Source: Geosiphon pyriformis uo1 (Eukaryota > Fungi > Glomeromycota). From it: DNA of 64,000 nucleotides. Positions 38,400 to 49,166 of the stretch are shown here, piece after piece. The stretch lies in assembly GCA_016748015.1 (NCBI GenBank), contig JAAOMT010000003.1:996373-1060372 (forward strand), in the 5' to 3' direction. Made by a program: the position numbers and the translations under genes. Every line of letters begins with the position of its first letter. The stretch's first letter is position 1. Under the pieces are notes generated by a model that saw nothing but the letters and a program-made list of their open reading frames with translations, ran no database searches and was not told the origin of the DNA.

Positions 38400-38720
38400 C
38401 CTAAGTTTTTCAGTCTAAGTTTGCATTGGCCTTAAGAAGTCAATCATTTTCAACAAGAGCTTGGTATTAGAATACATTCATAACTAAAACTTTAATTAAA
38501 ATGGTGATTCCATCAATGGTGAATGAGAAGTTGTCAATTTCTCCTACTGGTGTCTTTTTTATATTATATGCTGTCACAATTACTGTTTGGGCTGGTCTGT
38601 TAACATTTTGACCAAGTTGTTGCATTAATTGGTATGTGATAATACTTTCAGCTGATCTACTGTCTAGAATTAATCAAATGAGTTTTCCCTTTACTGTGGC
38701 TTCAGTATACATGACAGTGA
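38400..38720 (-). pseudogene. Retroviral-type aspartic protease
   Basis: LILDSRSAESI (mutated LDSGSAGS) and ALVEND*LLKANANLD* (LVGNDWL). Confidence 0.85.
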
Positions 38721-38899
38721 TAGCTTTTTGTTTATTAGCTCCTGCATTACTAAGCAAGAATAGTGATTCATTTGCTTTAAATTCGAATGGAAATATATCT
38801 GAAAGGTTAGCATTTTGGGCAATTTGGGCTGATAGAATAGTGTTGTTGGAAGGGTTTGATCTTGGTGCTGCAACTTTACCTTCAGAAAGTGCAGGTTGT

Positions 38900-40780
38900 T
38901 GAAAATCCGATTTTTCTTGCATTGTTAAATAACTGGGCTGAGTGTGATAGTAATTGGGTCTTTGCTAACCAGAATTCTGGGAAACCAACTAGTTATTTGA
39001 ATTGATTCTGTTGTTGTTTGTTAAAAAACGATTTTGTGATGTGAATTGGTTTTGTTGTACCAGTCTTCTGGTTGGTACTTGATATTGTGGAGTAGGTGGT
39101 GTTTAATATTGCTAAATTGGTAAAGGTTGCTGATATTGTTGCTGCATTAGTTGTGGAGCTGGCTGATAGTAATTGTTTTGATTTTGTGGTCTTGGTAAAT
39201 AATGAGTTGGTGGTAGAGATTGGTAATAAGATTATTGTGATGAAGAGTAATGTTGATTACTCCTGTTTTGTTGATCTCTTTGCAATTTTCTGCAATCTTG
39301 TTTCCAGTGTCCTGAAATTCCACAATAATGACAATTTTGAGATTGGTTGTTAGATAGTAATCCAAAGTTATTTTGGGAGTTGATATCTTTGTAGTCATTG
39401 CTGCTGTTGTTGTTGGTTTATAAAATAGCTTTCAATCTTCTTTGTGAGTTGGTCTATCTTTTTTTCAGCTGTTGAGCTGGTTTTTTAAATAGTCAGATTG
39501 GCAAGTTTGGTGTGGTTTGCTTTTTCCATTGCCATTTCATAGTTTTTTGCATGTTTAATGGCAGTTGCTAAGTCTGCTGGTGCATATGGATGAACTTTTT
39601 TTATCAATTTGTCTTTTAATTCTGCTATAAACTGATCCAAAATCTGAGCATTAGAATAGTAGTTATTGGTTTCCAATTGTTGAATTCATCAAAAAAGTTT
39701 GTTGAATCTCTCAAGATAGGTCATAACAGTTTCAGATGTCTTTTGTTTGATATTGCAAAAGTGATTGCAGAGAATGATAGAGGTATTGTTGTTGGTGAAT
39801 TGTTGTAAGAAAGCATCTTTGAATGCTTGCCAGTTTTTAAATGGTTCTTCTAAATTTTCAAATCATTCTTCTGCAGTTTTTTGAAGAAAATATAGAATTG
39901 CTTTAAGCATTCTTGCTGCATTTCAACCATTTGCATCTCCTGCTTTCTGTACTTTATCAAGCCATTCTTAAGAACTGGTATTATTGTTTTCACCAGTGAA
40001 TTCTGGAATCTTTGCAATGTAAGCAGTTGCCATTTTTTCTTTATTTTCTGTAGTTTCTTCTTGTTCTGACTTAGTTTCTTTACTTTCCAAGTTCTCTGAA
40101 TAATTACTTTCATTTTTTTGTAGGTAATCAATAATATTGGTGCTGGTTGATATTGGTTCCTGCTGTTGAATAAGATTTTTAGGTGACTGAAAATCTTCTA
40201 GTCTGGAGAAACAGTTGAGTAGTGAATTTGGTGTTTGTGGTCAAGCAAGTGAAATTGGAAATGGTATAATAGAAAGTAGTAATTTGACACTGGTTTCTTG
40301 TTCAGGTGTTTGCAAGTGTTTGGCAGTTGTTTTTGGTAGTATTGGAGTATTTGGAGTCATTCTTAAATATTGTTTCACTTTTTGTTTGCTTTTGTTGCTT
40401 GTTTTTGTTTCTGATTCAAAGTCAAAAGAGTATTTGGGCTGTACTGGATATTTTTTTTCACAATATTCAATAATGTTAAAATTAAGTTTTTGGAAATAGG
40501 TAGCAAGTGTTTTACTGTTTAGGTTTTCTGTTCCTAATTGTGAATAGTGTACTAAATTATTGTAGAAGTTGTTTCTGATTTCTGAAATGTTGTAGTTTTT
40601 AAAAAGATAGTTGTTGATGCAATTTTCAATGTATTGGTATAGTGATTTCTTGAAAATTTCAATTCCGTTTTGGATGTTGAATCTTTGTTTGCAGTGTGTG
40701 TAGATTAATTAATAATACTCTAAAGTTGTTGTGTCTGGTGTGATTGTCACTTTGAATTTGTTGTTGCTGTGTTATTTTTG
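38900..40780 (-). pseudogene. Gypsy gag (N-terminal extension, capsid-like domain, CCHC knuckle)
   Basis: IPEFTG...EWL..V..AG.ANG..., WQAFKDAFLQQF, QFIAELK; knuckle CHYCGISGHWKQDC at 39292-39333. The start is not determined. Confidence 0.8.
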
Positions 40781-40793
40781 TAGAAGAGCACCA
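40781..40793 (-). promoter_or_regulatory. Primer-binding site (tRNA 3'-end complement; tRNA species not assigned)
   Basis: TGGTGCTCTTCTA begins 2 nt after the CA end of the 5' LTR. Confidence 0.7.
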
Positions 40794-40795
40794 AA

Positions 40796-41764
40796 TGTTA
40801 CCTGAGGTTTTTGGTCTCTTTTTTTGAATGTTATTAATGTTGATTTGCTGTAAATTCACGTTTTCAGGAAGTAGTTAGACCTCCAATAACTTTTATCTTC
40901 AAATTATCTCCTATAATTTGAACTGTTGGGCTTATAAGTGGAATGGCCAATTCTTTGCCAGTTACTTTATGTAGTTACATTGTAGTAAACATCAACTCTT
41001 TTCCAAAAATTGCTCATCTGAAAGCTTACTAAAAATGTGTAATTACTTTGCTGTGAAAGTCAACTCTTCTACAGGAATCTTGTCTGTAGACTACCCTAAT
41101 GATTATGAAAAAAAAATAAAAGAAAAATAAAAAAATGTAAAAGAAATAGAATTTTATTAAGAGAAAGGTTTTCTATCCAGGCCTGGAATCACTAACAGTT
41201 TATTGAAATTGGTAGCTAATCAATTTTAAAACGTTAGTTGTGTTAAGAGAATTTCAAGTGTAATAATTTTAAGAATTTGTTTTTTGAATATTTAATTTTT
41301 ATTTGAATGTATAAAAAGTGATTTGTTTTAATTAAAATATCTAAAGTAGGATGCTATGGTAAGATACTATAAGAAGATACATTTTCTTGAAGAGAGAAGC
41401 TTTTCTTTTATACAACTTGTTGTAGTACTAGTCTTTAAACTTGCACTTTTCTCTTTGCTACAATTTGGGTGAACTAAAGATACATTTCGGCAAACTACAA
41501 GTTATTTCACTGAACTATTTGATTATTTCGGCCAATTTTTATTAATTTCGGCGAATTTTGACTATATTAAATTGTTCAGAGTATTGTGTAATTTGATCAT
41601 CTTAATTTCTAGAGTACAAATCGGATTATTGATTGAGTAATAATATTTAATAATTTGATTAAATAATAAGTGATAATCAAAATAATAATACTATATGCTA
41701 ATTGATAATAGGAATTATAAGAGTAATTTTGTGCTAATTAATAGCTAAAATTCTACTGGTAACA
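40796..41764 (-). repeat. 5' LTR of the Gypsy element
   Basis: TGTTACC...GGTAACA 7-bp terminal inverted repeat; direct repeat of 31889-32858. Confidence 0.95.
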
Positions 41765-43169
41765 CTGGGTCTAACCCTTCATAATCTTATTTACACTAAA
41801 TTTTACTTTTTCTGGCTCTAGTACCAACTCATCATCCACAACCAAATAATCAAGAACCACTTTGCAAAAAAGACAATCTAAAACACTTTTAATTATACCA
41901 CCTTTGTCAAAGCAAAACTTTTCCATGTGCTTTTTGATGGTTGCCCAAACTAAGATCTCTTCAGCCAACCTTGATTTGTATATCTTGGACTTTCTGTACT
42001 CCTTGTAAAATAATAACAACCATCTAAGAACATCCAAAGACCTCAGTCTATTCCAAATCATATTCGCAATAATAGCAGCTTTAATACTATCTAACTTTGA
42101 CCATATACTAATGAGCCAATTAACCTCCCACATATTATTCAGACCCAATTTTTTGACAATTTTTGCAACCAACAGTTCCAACCCAAAAAACTTAGAAGAG
42201 AGCTTGTTTCTGGAACACTGAAATTTGTTAAACCAATGTCTTGAAAATATTTCATTAGCTGATTCAACTATTAACCTCTTCAGTAGCACCCACATACCAT
42301 TCACATTAGCATAAGCCTGAGTGCCTGAAAATTCCAAGGCCACAGCTGAAAATTTGGCAAAAAAGCACTTCTTAAAATGTAACCACTTGGCATTATTAGC
42401 ATCTTTGATTTTAAACTTCCAATAATCCTTATTAGCCTGTTTGTGCAAGCTATTCAAATAAATATCCAGAAGTCCACCCAATCTAATCAACACCATAATA
42501 GTCTTGTGATCAGTGTTAAAGAATGCAGAAACAGAACTGATACCATAATCAGCAATTACTGATAACAAGTTTTCATTGACAAAGATGTAATCCAAAATTT
42601 TTTCAGTACCTCATGAATTACTTCAAGTAGGGACTTTGGCTAATGGATGTTCATTGAAAGAATTGACCAAGTCCAAATCCTGAAAAACTTAAAACTTGCA
42701 CTCCTACCCAGCCCATCTTTATTGAAATCCCCACCCAAAACCACAAAAGTGTTAGAGTTGACAGCATTAGCAATGATAGAGTTAACCTCCAACACTTGCC
42801 CAAATTAAACAGCAGAAAAAACACCAGCATACAAACCAATAACTATAACTAAAAGCTTGTCTTTGAATAAAAAATGTACCAAAATAATCCGACCAGAAAT
42901 CTCCACCACTTTAACAATATGACAAGCCAAGGAATCATTTATGATAATAGCTATGCCAGCACCAGCAAAACCCACATCCAAACCAGTGAAAACCCGAACT
43001 CCATCAAACTTATCCCTGATTCACAGTCTAATGCTAGATCTCAACTTGGTCTCCATAACAATTGAAACTGTATTCCCAGATTTTTCATGCCATCAAACAA
43101 TATCTTTCTGCTTGGCAAGGAGATTGATACCTTGGACATTATATGTAGCAAACTTTCATACTAGGTCAC

Positions 43170-45141
43170 TCATTGAGAAGAAGAAGAGGGGAAGCTGGCA
43201 AACCAGAACTGGAGCACAAACCATCTAATCTATCCAAAACAAACTTGATTAATACCTCCAAACCCACCATCTTTGATTCCAAACCACTTACTTTGAAGAT
43301 TAACATTTTCAAGCTACTCAAACCAAGACCAGTGACCAAATCATCCACAACTGGAAGAGAAGAAATAGAAGGCAACAAAGCACCATCTAATGCCATATCT
43401 GAGTTCAGATCTTCTTTAACAGCTGCAGAAGCAGCCACAGAAAACACATAAGAGAGGGTTGCCAAAGGCACCAATTCAACAAAACTCAACTTCTTCATAA
43501 TACCAGAAATCTGGTCTGTCAAAAGTTTCAAAAAGCATTCTAAAGATGCTAAATAATCATTCAACTCAGCAAGAACAAGAAGAAAAAAATCCATTGAAGA
43601 AAATTTCTCTTTAGAAAGCACACCAAAACCAGAAGTAACCAAAGGAGTTATATGAAAAGAAAATCTACCAGCAACTTGGGCTCATGTTTTACCACCAAAA
43701 GAGACAAAACAAACAATGAAAGTCTGTTTTTTTTTATAAATACTAGCCAGACAGACCCAATCCTGAGTTGACACCACCCACCTCTTACGACCAACAGAAT
43801 TCCCACCCACCAAACAGTTAACAATAATATGACCAAATTGTTTGCATCGAGTGCAATAAGCCAGAGAAAAACCAGCCCAATACAAACTCATACTCTTAAA
43901 CACTAGAACTGAACCAATAACAGCCAATTTGGATGTCTTATTTTCAAAACAAATAATAGCACATCTATCATGCACATATGAATTCAGATTGCAGCCAATA
44001 AACACGTTTTCTCACCATAAAATGCCACCAACTTAGACAAATCATGCACAGATGTACCAACTAAAAAAGTATACAACAAAGCACAATACATGTCTTTTGA
44101 AATCTATGATTCTTTATTACTGACAGCCAGAGTTATACACACAAAGTCCTTTCCCACCAAAACTGACTACTTAAAAGCAACCAAATTGGCAATCTTAACA
44201 GACCTAAACTCATTCAAGGCCTTTTACCACAGACCAACCAACTGCAACTTAACTGAAACAATTTCACCAAATTTGGAAAACACCACCACAACAGCCAATC
44301 TGAGAAAATCAACTGGAATCTTCTTGACAATTACCTTCCAATTCAAGTATTTGTTTATCTGCCTAACATCATCATTTACCACAATATTCTTATGGATTGT
44401 CAATTCCTTAACCTTCCCTAAACTCAATTTAGATGTAAAGGAGGATCTAATAATTCCAGGAAATTTTAAGGAAATGGAAGCTCTCCCAAAACCATTAATT
44501 TAATAAAAAATTTTTTTAATTGAGATTAACTTATTACTAATAGTTTTTTCAGGCACAGTAGACAACTCCACATCCAAAATAAATGATTTTACTGGCTCAA
44601 AGCTCCATTTTTTTCAAACACATAACTTGGTAAATAGCAGCTGATTGGATCCAACAAATTTAGGCACTGGAAGCACCAACTCATTAGTGTCATCACTTAT
44701 GTTCACAAAAGAAAAGACTTTCGGCAGTTGTTCCAAGACATAAGTCTTTGTTTGCATTTTCTTAAGAGTAGCGTTATTCATCATATCATCCATCTTAGAA
44801 GTGTTGGAGTCAACATAGCTCATTTTTTCAGTGACTGTGTTCTTTAAGTTCTTTACATCCAATATTCCACTCACACTGTTTTTCTTGCTTTTTATTTTAC
44901 TGTTCCAAGATTTATTGTGTCTAATATTGGTAGCTTGCAATATTTCAGTAAACAAAGGCCCAGCCAACGAATCCACAATAGTACCAGAAGCCTCAAGTCT
45001 TTTTGGTTTTTTAAAAGAAAGACCATAAGAATACACACTATCAACATGCACTTTTTTTTTGTTATTTTTATTACCAGAATGAAACTTCAATCCAGCCGAT
45101 ACCGAACCAGAACCACCAGCAAATGTGTCTACTGGTTCTAT
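43170..45141 (-). pseudogene. ORF1 of LINE copy 5, disrupted
   Basis: Similar to copy 2 ORF1 (xxPVxxxxGGS start with ATG->ATA, CTRCKQFGHIIVNC knuckle, FGGKT). Confidence 0.85.
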
Positions 45142-46178
45142 TACAACAAAAGCAGATATGTTGGAAGAAATGACTTAAAGAAACAAAAGGGAAAAAAAAG
45201 AAGAAAAAAAAAATGATTTCTTCAACCAAATAACTATAACTCTCATCGTAGTCAAGGGATTGACAAGAAAAAGAGTTTTAAAAATTAATTTCAAATAATT
45301 TAATAAATTAATTAATCAAATTTATATATAAAAACATAATTTGTTTTGTTTTTAAAACCAAAAAAATTAATTAAAATTTATTAAATAATTTAATAAATTT
45401 AATTTAAAAAAAATATTGTTATTATTATTATTATTTTAAACAAAAAAAAGAATTGTTTTTTTATTTTTTTATTATTTAAACAAAAATAACTTGATTATTA
45501 ATTTTTTATAAAAATAATAATTATATTAAAATATTTTTAATTATTTATTTTAAATACAAAAAAAAAGTATTTTTTATAATTTTTTTGGTTTATTTTTATT
45601 AACTATACTTTTTAATTAATAAAAGTTATTACTTTTAAGTTTAGTAATTTATATTTTTAATCATAATAATAATAAAAATAAAATAATTTTTTTTTGAACT
45701 TATAATAAAAATAAACTAATTAGTATATTAAAGTTAGTGTATTTAATAATAAAATTATTAATTTATAATATTATAAAATAAATTTTTTGTTTTGTATTAA
45801 TTTAAATTAAATTTTTATTATAAATATTTAAGTTTTTTATTAAAAAAATACATTTTTTATATATTTTTAAGTAATATTATTTTAAATTTTAACACTATTT
45901 TTTTTATAAACTTCTTATTTTTCCTTTTTGATCTGTAATAATATAATAAATTGTTAAAAACAAATTTATTATATATTTTAATAGTTTTATATTATTTCAA
46001 CATATAAAATAATATAAACTTTAAAAATAATAATTTTTAATGAAACATAGTCAATATTTAAAACAATGCAAACACAATAATTATTATAAATGTTATGGAA
46101 TTAAAATACAATAATTTATAAAATTCAGTTTCAAAAGTGGGAAGACATTTCTATTTTAAAGGTACAGTATTCTATATA

Positions 46179-46827
46179 CAGTATCTCCAAAAAGTAACGC
46201 TTGATTTGCATGCGTGACCACTTTTAAAGATTGCACTTTTTTTTAACAAATAAACATTATAATATTTTGTTGTGCAAAAAAAAAGACACTCACTCAACTC
46301 ATAAACAGTTAGACGAAATTGACACAGGAAAAAGTTAAAACTTATCACGTTTTAAAAGATAATAAATTCTTAGCAACCACAAAAAAGATTTACTATTGTG
46401 TAAAGCCAAGATAAAATGACATACATCACTCCACGAAATTGTCATATGTCACAGTAAAAAAATCTTCTCTGATGAGACGAGTATGGAAATTGGGAAGCAA
46501 TGACGACAAAAAAAGAGTTTAGGGACACACTGGAGAAAAGTTTAATGCTAATTGCTTAGTCAATACTTTCAAAAGTGGACGAAAATCCATAATGGTTTGG
46601 GGGAGGATTAAAAGGATCATTAGTATTTTGTGATGAATATAAAAATAATGGTAAAAAAATAAATGCAAATACTTACCGAAGTCTGTAGTCAAAAATTAAA
46701 ATTGCGTTTAAAGAAGGAATGGGGAGAAATTTGATAACCTCTGTTCTCGAAAAAGTTATTGTCTTAATGCTAAAAAGGGATTGAAGTAGAAGTATTAAAG
46801 TCAAATGGAGGACTGACAAATTATTAA
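46179..46827 (+). mobile_element. Internally deleted Tc1/mariner (IS630-like) DNA transposon relic
   Basis: TA|CAGTATCTCCAAAAAG left-end-like sequence; transposase remnants FSDETSMEIG, GEKFNANCLVNTFKSGRKSIMVWG, KINANTY and C-terminal VLKSNGGLTNY*. No right TIR found. Confidence 0.7.
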
Positions 46828-47600
46828 TTAGATAAAATTTTTTATTAACAAACTATAGATTAATTTAAAAACGCATTAAACAAAGGCGCAATAAATATAT
46901 ATAAGCAAACCGTCACAATAAAATTATATTTCCAGATTAATTTCCTTTTACAAATGATAATAAAAAGCTTGGTTCTTTCACATTATTTGCGGATATTTAA
47001 AAAAGAAAAAGATTTAAACTAAAAAAGGCCATAACATCATAGGAGTAACTATAAAAGATTTTCCTTTTTTAAAAACGTTTTCATGAGATATTTAAACTTT
47101 CAAAGTGGTTTTCTAATTTAAATTCTACATGTCCATATTTTACTAAAACATTACAACCTTATGACAATTGTTTGTTGATTCGAAGGCAAGAGAATTTTCA
47201 TTTTCTAAGAGGCCATCCTAAATATAGAATAATTAACAAAATACTTGTCATTCGTTAAATGAAATTTATCTTGTTGAAAAATTATTCTCATTTCTCAAAA
47301 TTCTGATACTACCCCCCACCGCTTCACAACCTCTACCAAAGAAAGGTTATCCCCTAGTGCAAAGCAAAAAAGAGGATCTTGAATGAGAAAAATAACTCCT
47401 CTCTCAGCCATATCGGCTCAGATATCAATTTCAAACAACGAGCATGAACTCACAAGACATTTTTCATCAACACAGTCTTTATCTGCCGCATTCGGAGAAG
47501 GACAAGAGCATCAGAATAGGCGAAAAGCGCGACGGTAACTTATCGCAAATGTCAGAAGATGGGAAGATACTAAAAATTCCTATATCGGTCAATCACAATA

Positions 47601-47706
47601 ATCAAAGGGTCCGAAGTGTACGATTGCCGGAATTGTAAAATTGTGATGAAAATGGATTTTCCTCTGGGCATTTGCTTAATGGAGACATGGTTCCACAGTG
47701 ACCATG
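47601..47706 (+). pseudogene. Possible Fanzor/TnpB C-terminal (zinc ribbon + RuvC-III) relic
   Basis: IKGSEVYDCRNCKIVM / DENG / IFLWA / LLNG in successive frames, resembling the C..C.I.MDRDxNGARGIFLRALL pattern; needs three small indels. Confidence 0.45.
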
Positions 47707-49002
47707 CAGGAAATACTTAGTATTGATGTGTTACAATCATCCATCCATCAAAGAAAATCTCACGTATTTTGAATACCCTTTGAGGATTATTTGGGAACGT
47801 TATAAACTCATTTAGGAGAATTTATCGAGTTATTTTGTTCATTTAAAAAGTTAATATAAATAACGAATGATCATAAAATAAACGTGTTGGTTAAATAAGA
47901 AAATATACAGATTCTAAACAATTTTGGTAAGTTCAAATTAATTCAGATCCTTTTTTTTATTATTTAATATATAAAATATTTATATTTGGATTAATGTATT
48001 AAAAATTCCCCCATTATAACTGAACATATGTGTTTTTATCAAAGATGAGACCTTACATAAATGTTTCACAATTTTATCTTTGGTTCCTGAAGATGCACCA
48101 GCGGCATTTCGTTTCATAATTGAACCGAATCATTTTCTTTGCTACTTTAAAAAAAAGTTTTACCAAAAATTCCTACCATAATTAGTGTTCATGATTAATC
48201 ATATCCCTAAATGACACAACATCTATTGCTAAAGATTATGGTATAACAAGGATTGAGTTTATTTCTTTCTTAATTTTTTTCTACGTGACTTCCCATAAGT
48301 TAATCTTTATCATTCAGCCCCTAATTTTTTTTGACCAAAGGTTGATTTAAAAGAAAAAATATTATTAAAAGAAGTAAATCCCTCATCAGAATCTTGGGAA
48401 AGGATCATTTTTTCTCCCGTAATTTCGATCGTCGTTGAGTAAGGGACTTGCTTCCTACGGGAATTGGAATCAAAAGTGTTACTATTTTCCGGTATTCCCT
48501 ATTAAAATATTCAAGTCTAACCAGAAATACCATCAAAAACCCTCAACCTGTCTAAAAATCCACTCTTTTTATCCTGATTTCTTACTATCTTTTTTCGATA
48601 AACAACCCCAAAATTTTTGCTCTCGGTATTTTCTTACTTCTTGAGCATCCTACACCACTCCTTTTGCCGTTTTTATTTCTTTAAACCTCAAAAAGTTCTA
48701 CCTTAGCAAAGAACTAGAAATCCCGAGTATCCCTTTTTCACACATACACACTCACTCACACCCTATATATTCATTTATTCAAACTTTTTGAATAGGTAAT
48801 TTCGTTAGGGAATCCTTTGTATATTAAATAGAATAGTTTTCGTTGTTTAGCCTTGATCAGAGTTCGACCGCGATACCAGAAGTAATTAGAAAAAAGGGTG
48901 GTTGGGTAACACCGAAAATACCTTTGTACAAATTGCTACTAAACATTTCATCCAAGAATTTTCTCTTATTCATTTTCCTACTTTTCATCACCTCAGAACG
49001 AA

Positions 49003-49030
49003 ATGGAATCATCCTATAATAGTAATAGTA

Positions 49031-49078
<48 letters not shown>

Positions 49079-49135
49079 GTAATGATAACAACTACAATAA
49101 CAACAACAACAACAACAATGATGATGATGATAATT

Positions 49136-49166
<31 letters not shown>

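Larger units (their letters stand above)
31889..41764 (-). mobile_element. Ty3/Gypsy LTR retrotransposon, structurally complete but hypermutated, with dUTPase, Cys-rich insert and extra 3' ORF
   Basis: Two ~970-bp direct LTRs with TGTTAC..GGTAACA ends, PBS, PPT, and the order gag-PR-(insert)-dUTPase-RT-RH-IN. Confidence 0.95.
28603..43173 (-). pseudogene. ORF2 of LINE copy 5, split by the Gypsy insertion at 31889-41764
   Basis: APE part 43173-41765 (GGDFN, LDYIF, NTDH); RT/RNase H/CCHC part 31888-28603 (AGAFVDD, VYTNG, KVKSYSG.SGN..AD, CLLC..ELSDHVFTC). The reading frame is restored across the insertion with a 4-bp TSD. Confidence 0.88.
25414..45290 (-). mobile_element. Full-length degenerate LINE, copy 5, interrupted by LINE copy 4 (in its 3' UTR) and by a Gypsy element (in ORF2)
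   Basis: Segments 45290-41765, 31888-28496 and 25450-25414 join into one colinear element; 11-bp TSD TCAAATAATTT at 25403-25413 and 45291-45301. Confidence 0.88.

Noticed and set aside
40781-40793. Tf1-type self-priming PBS
   Set aside because: No complementary segment found by eye in the LTR; the TGG start fits tRNA CCA priming.
47444-47638. 64-aa ORF as a real gene
   Set aside because: No recognisable motif; the informative similarity is in a different frame and is fragmentary.
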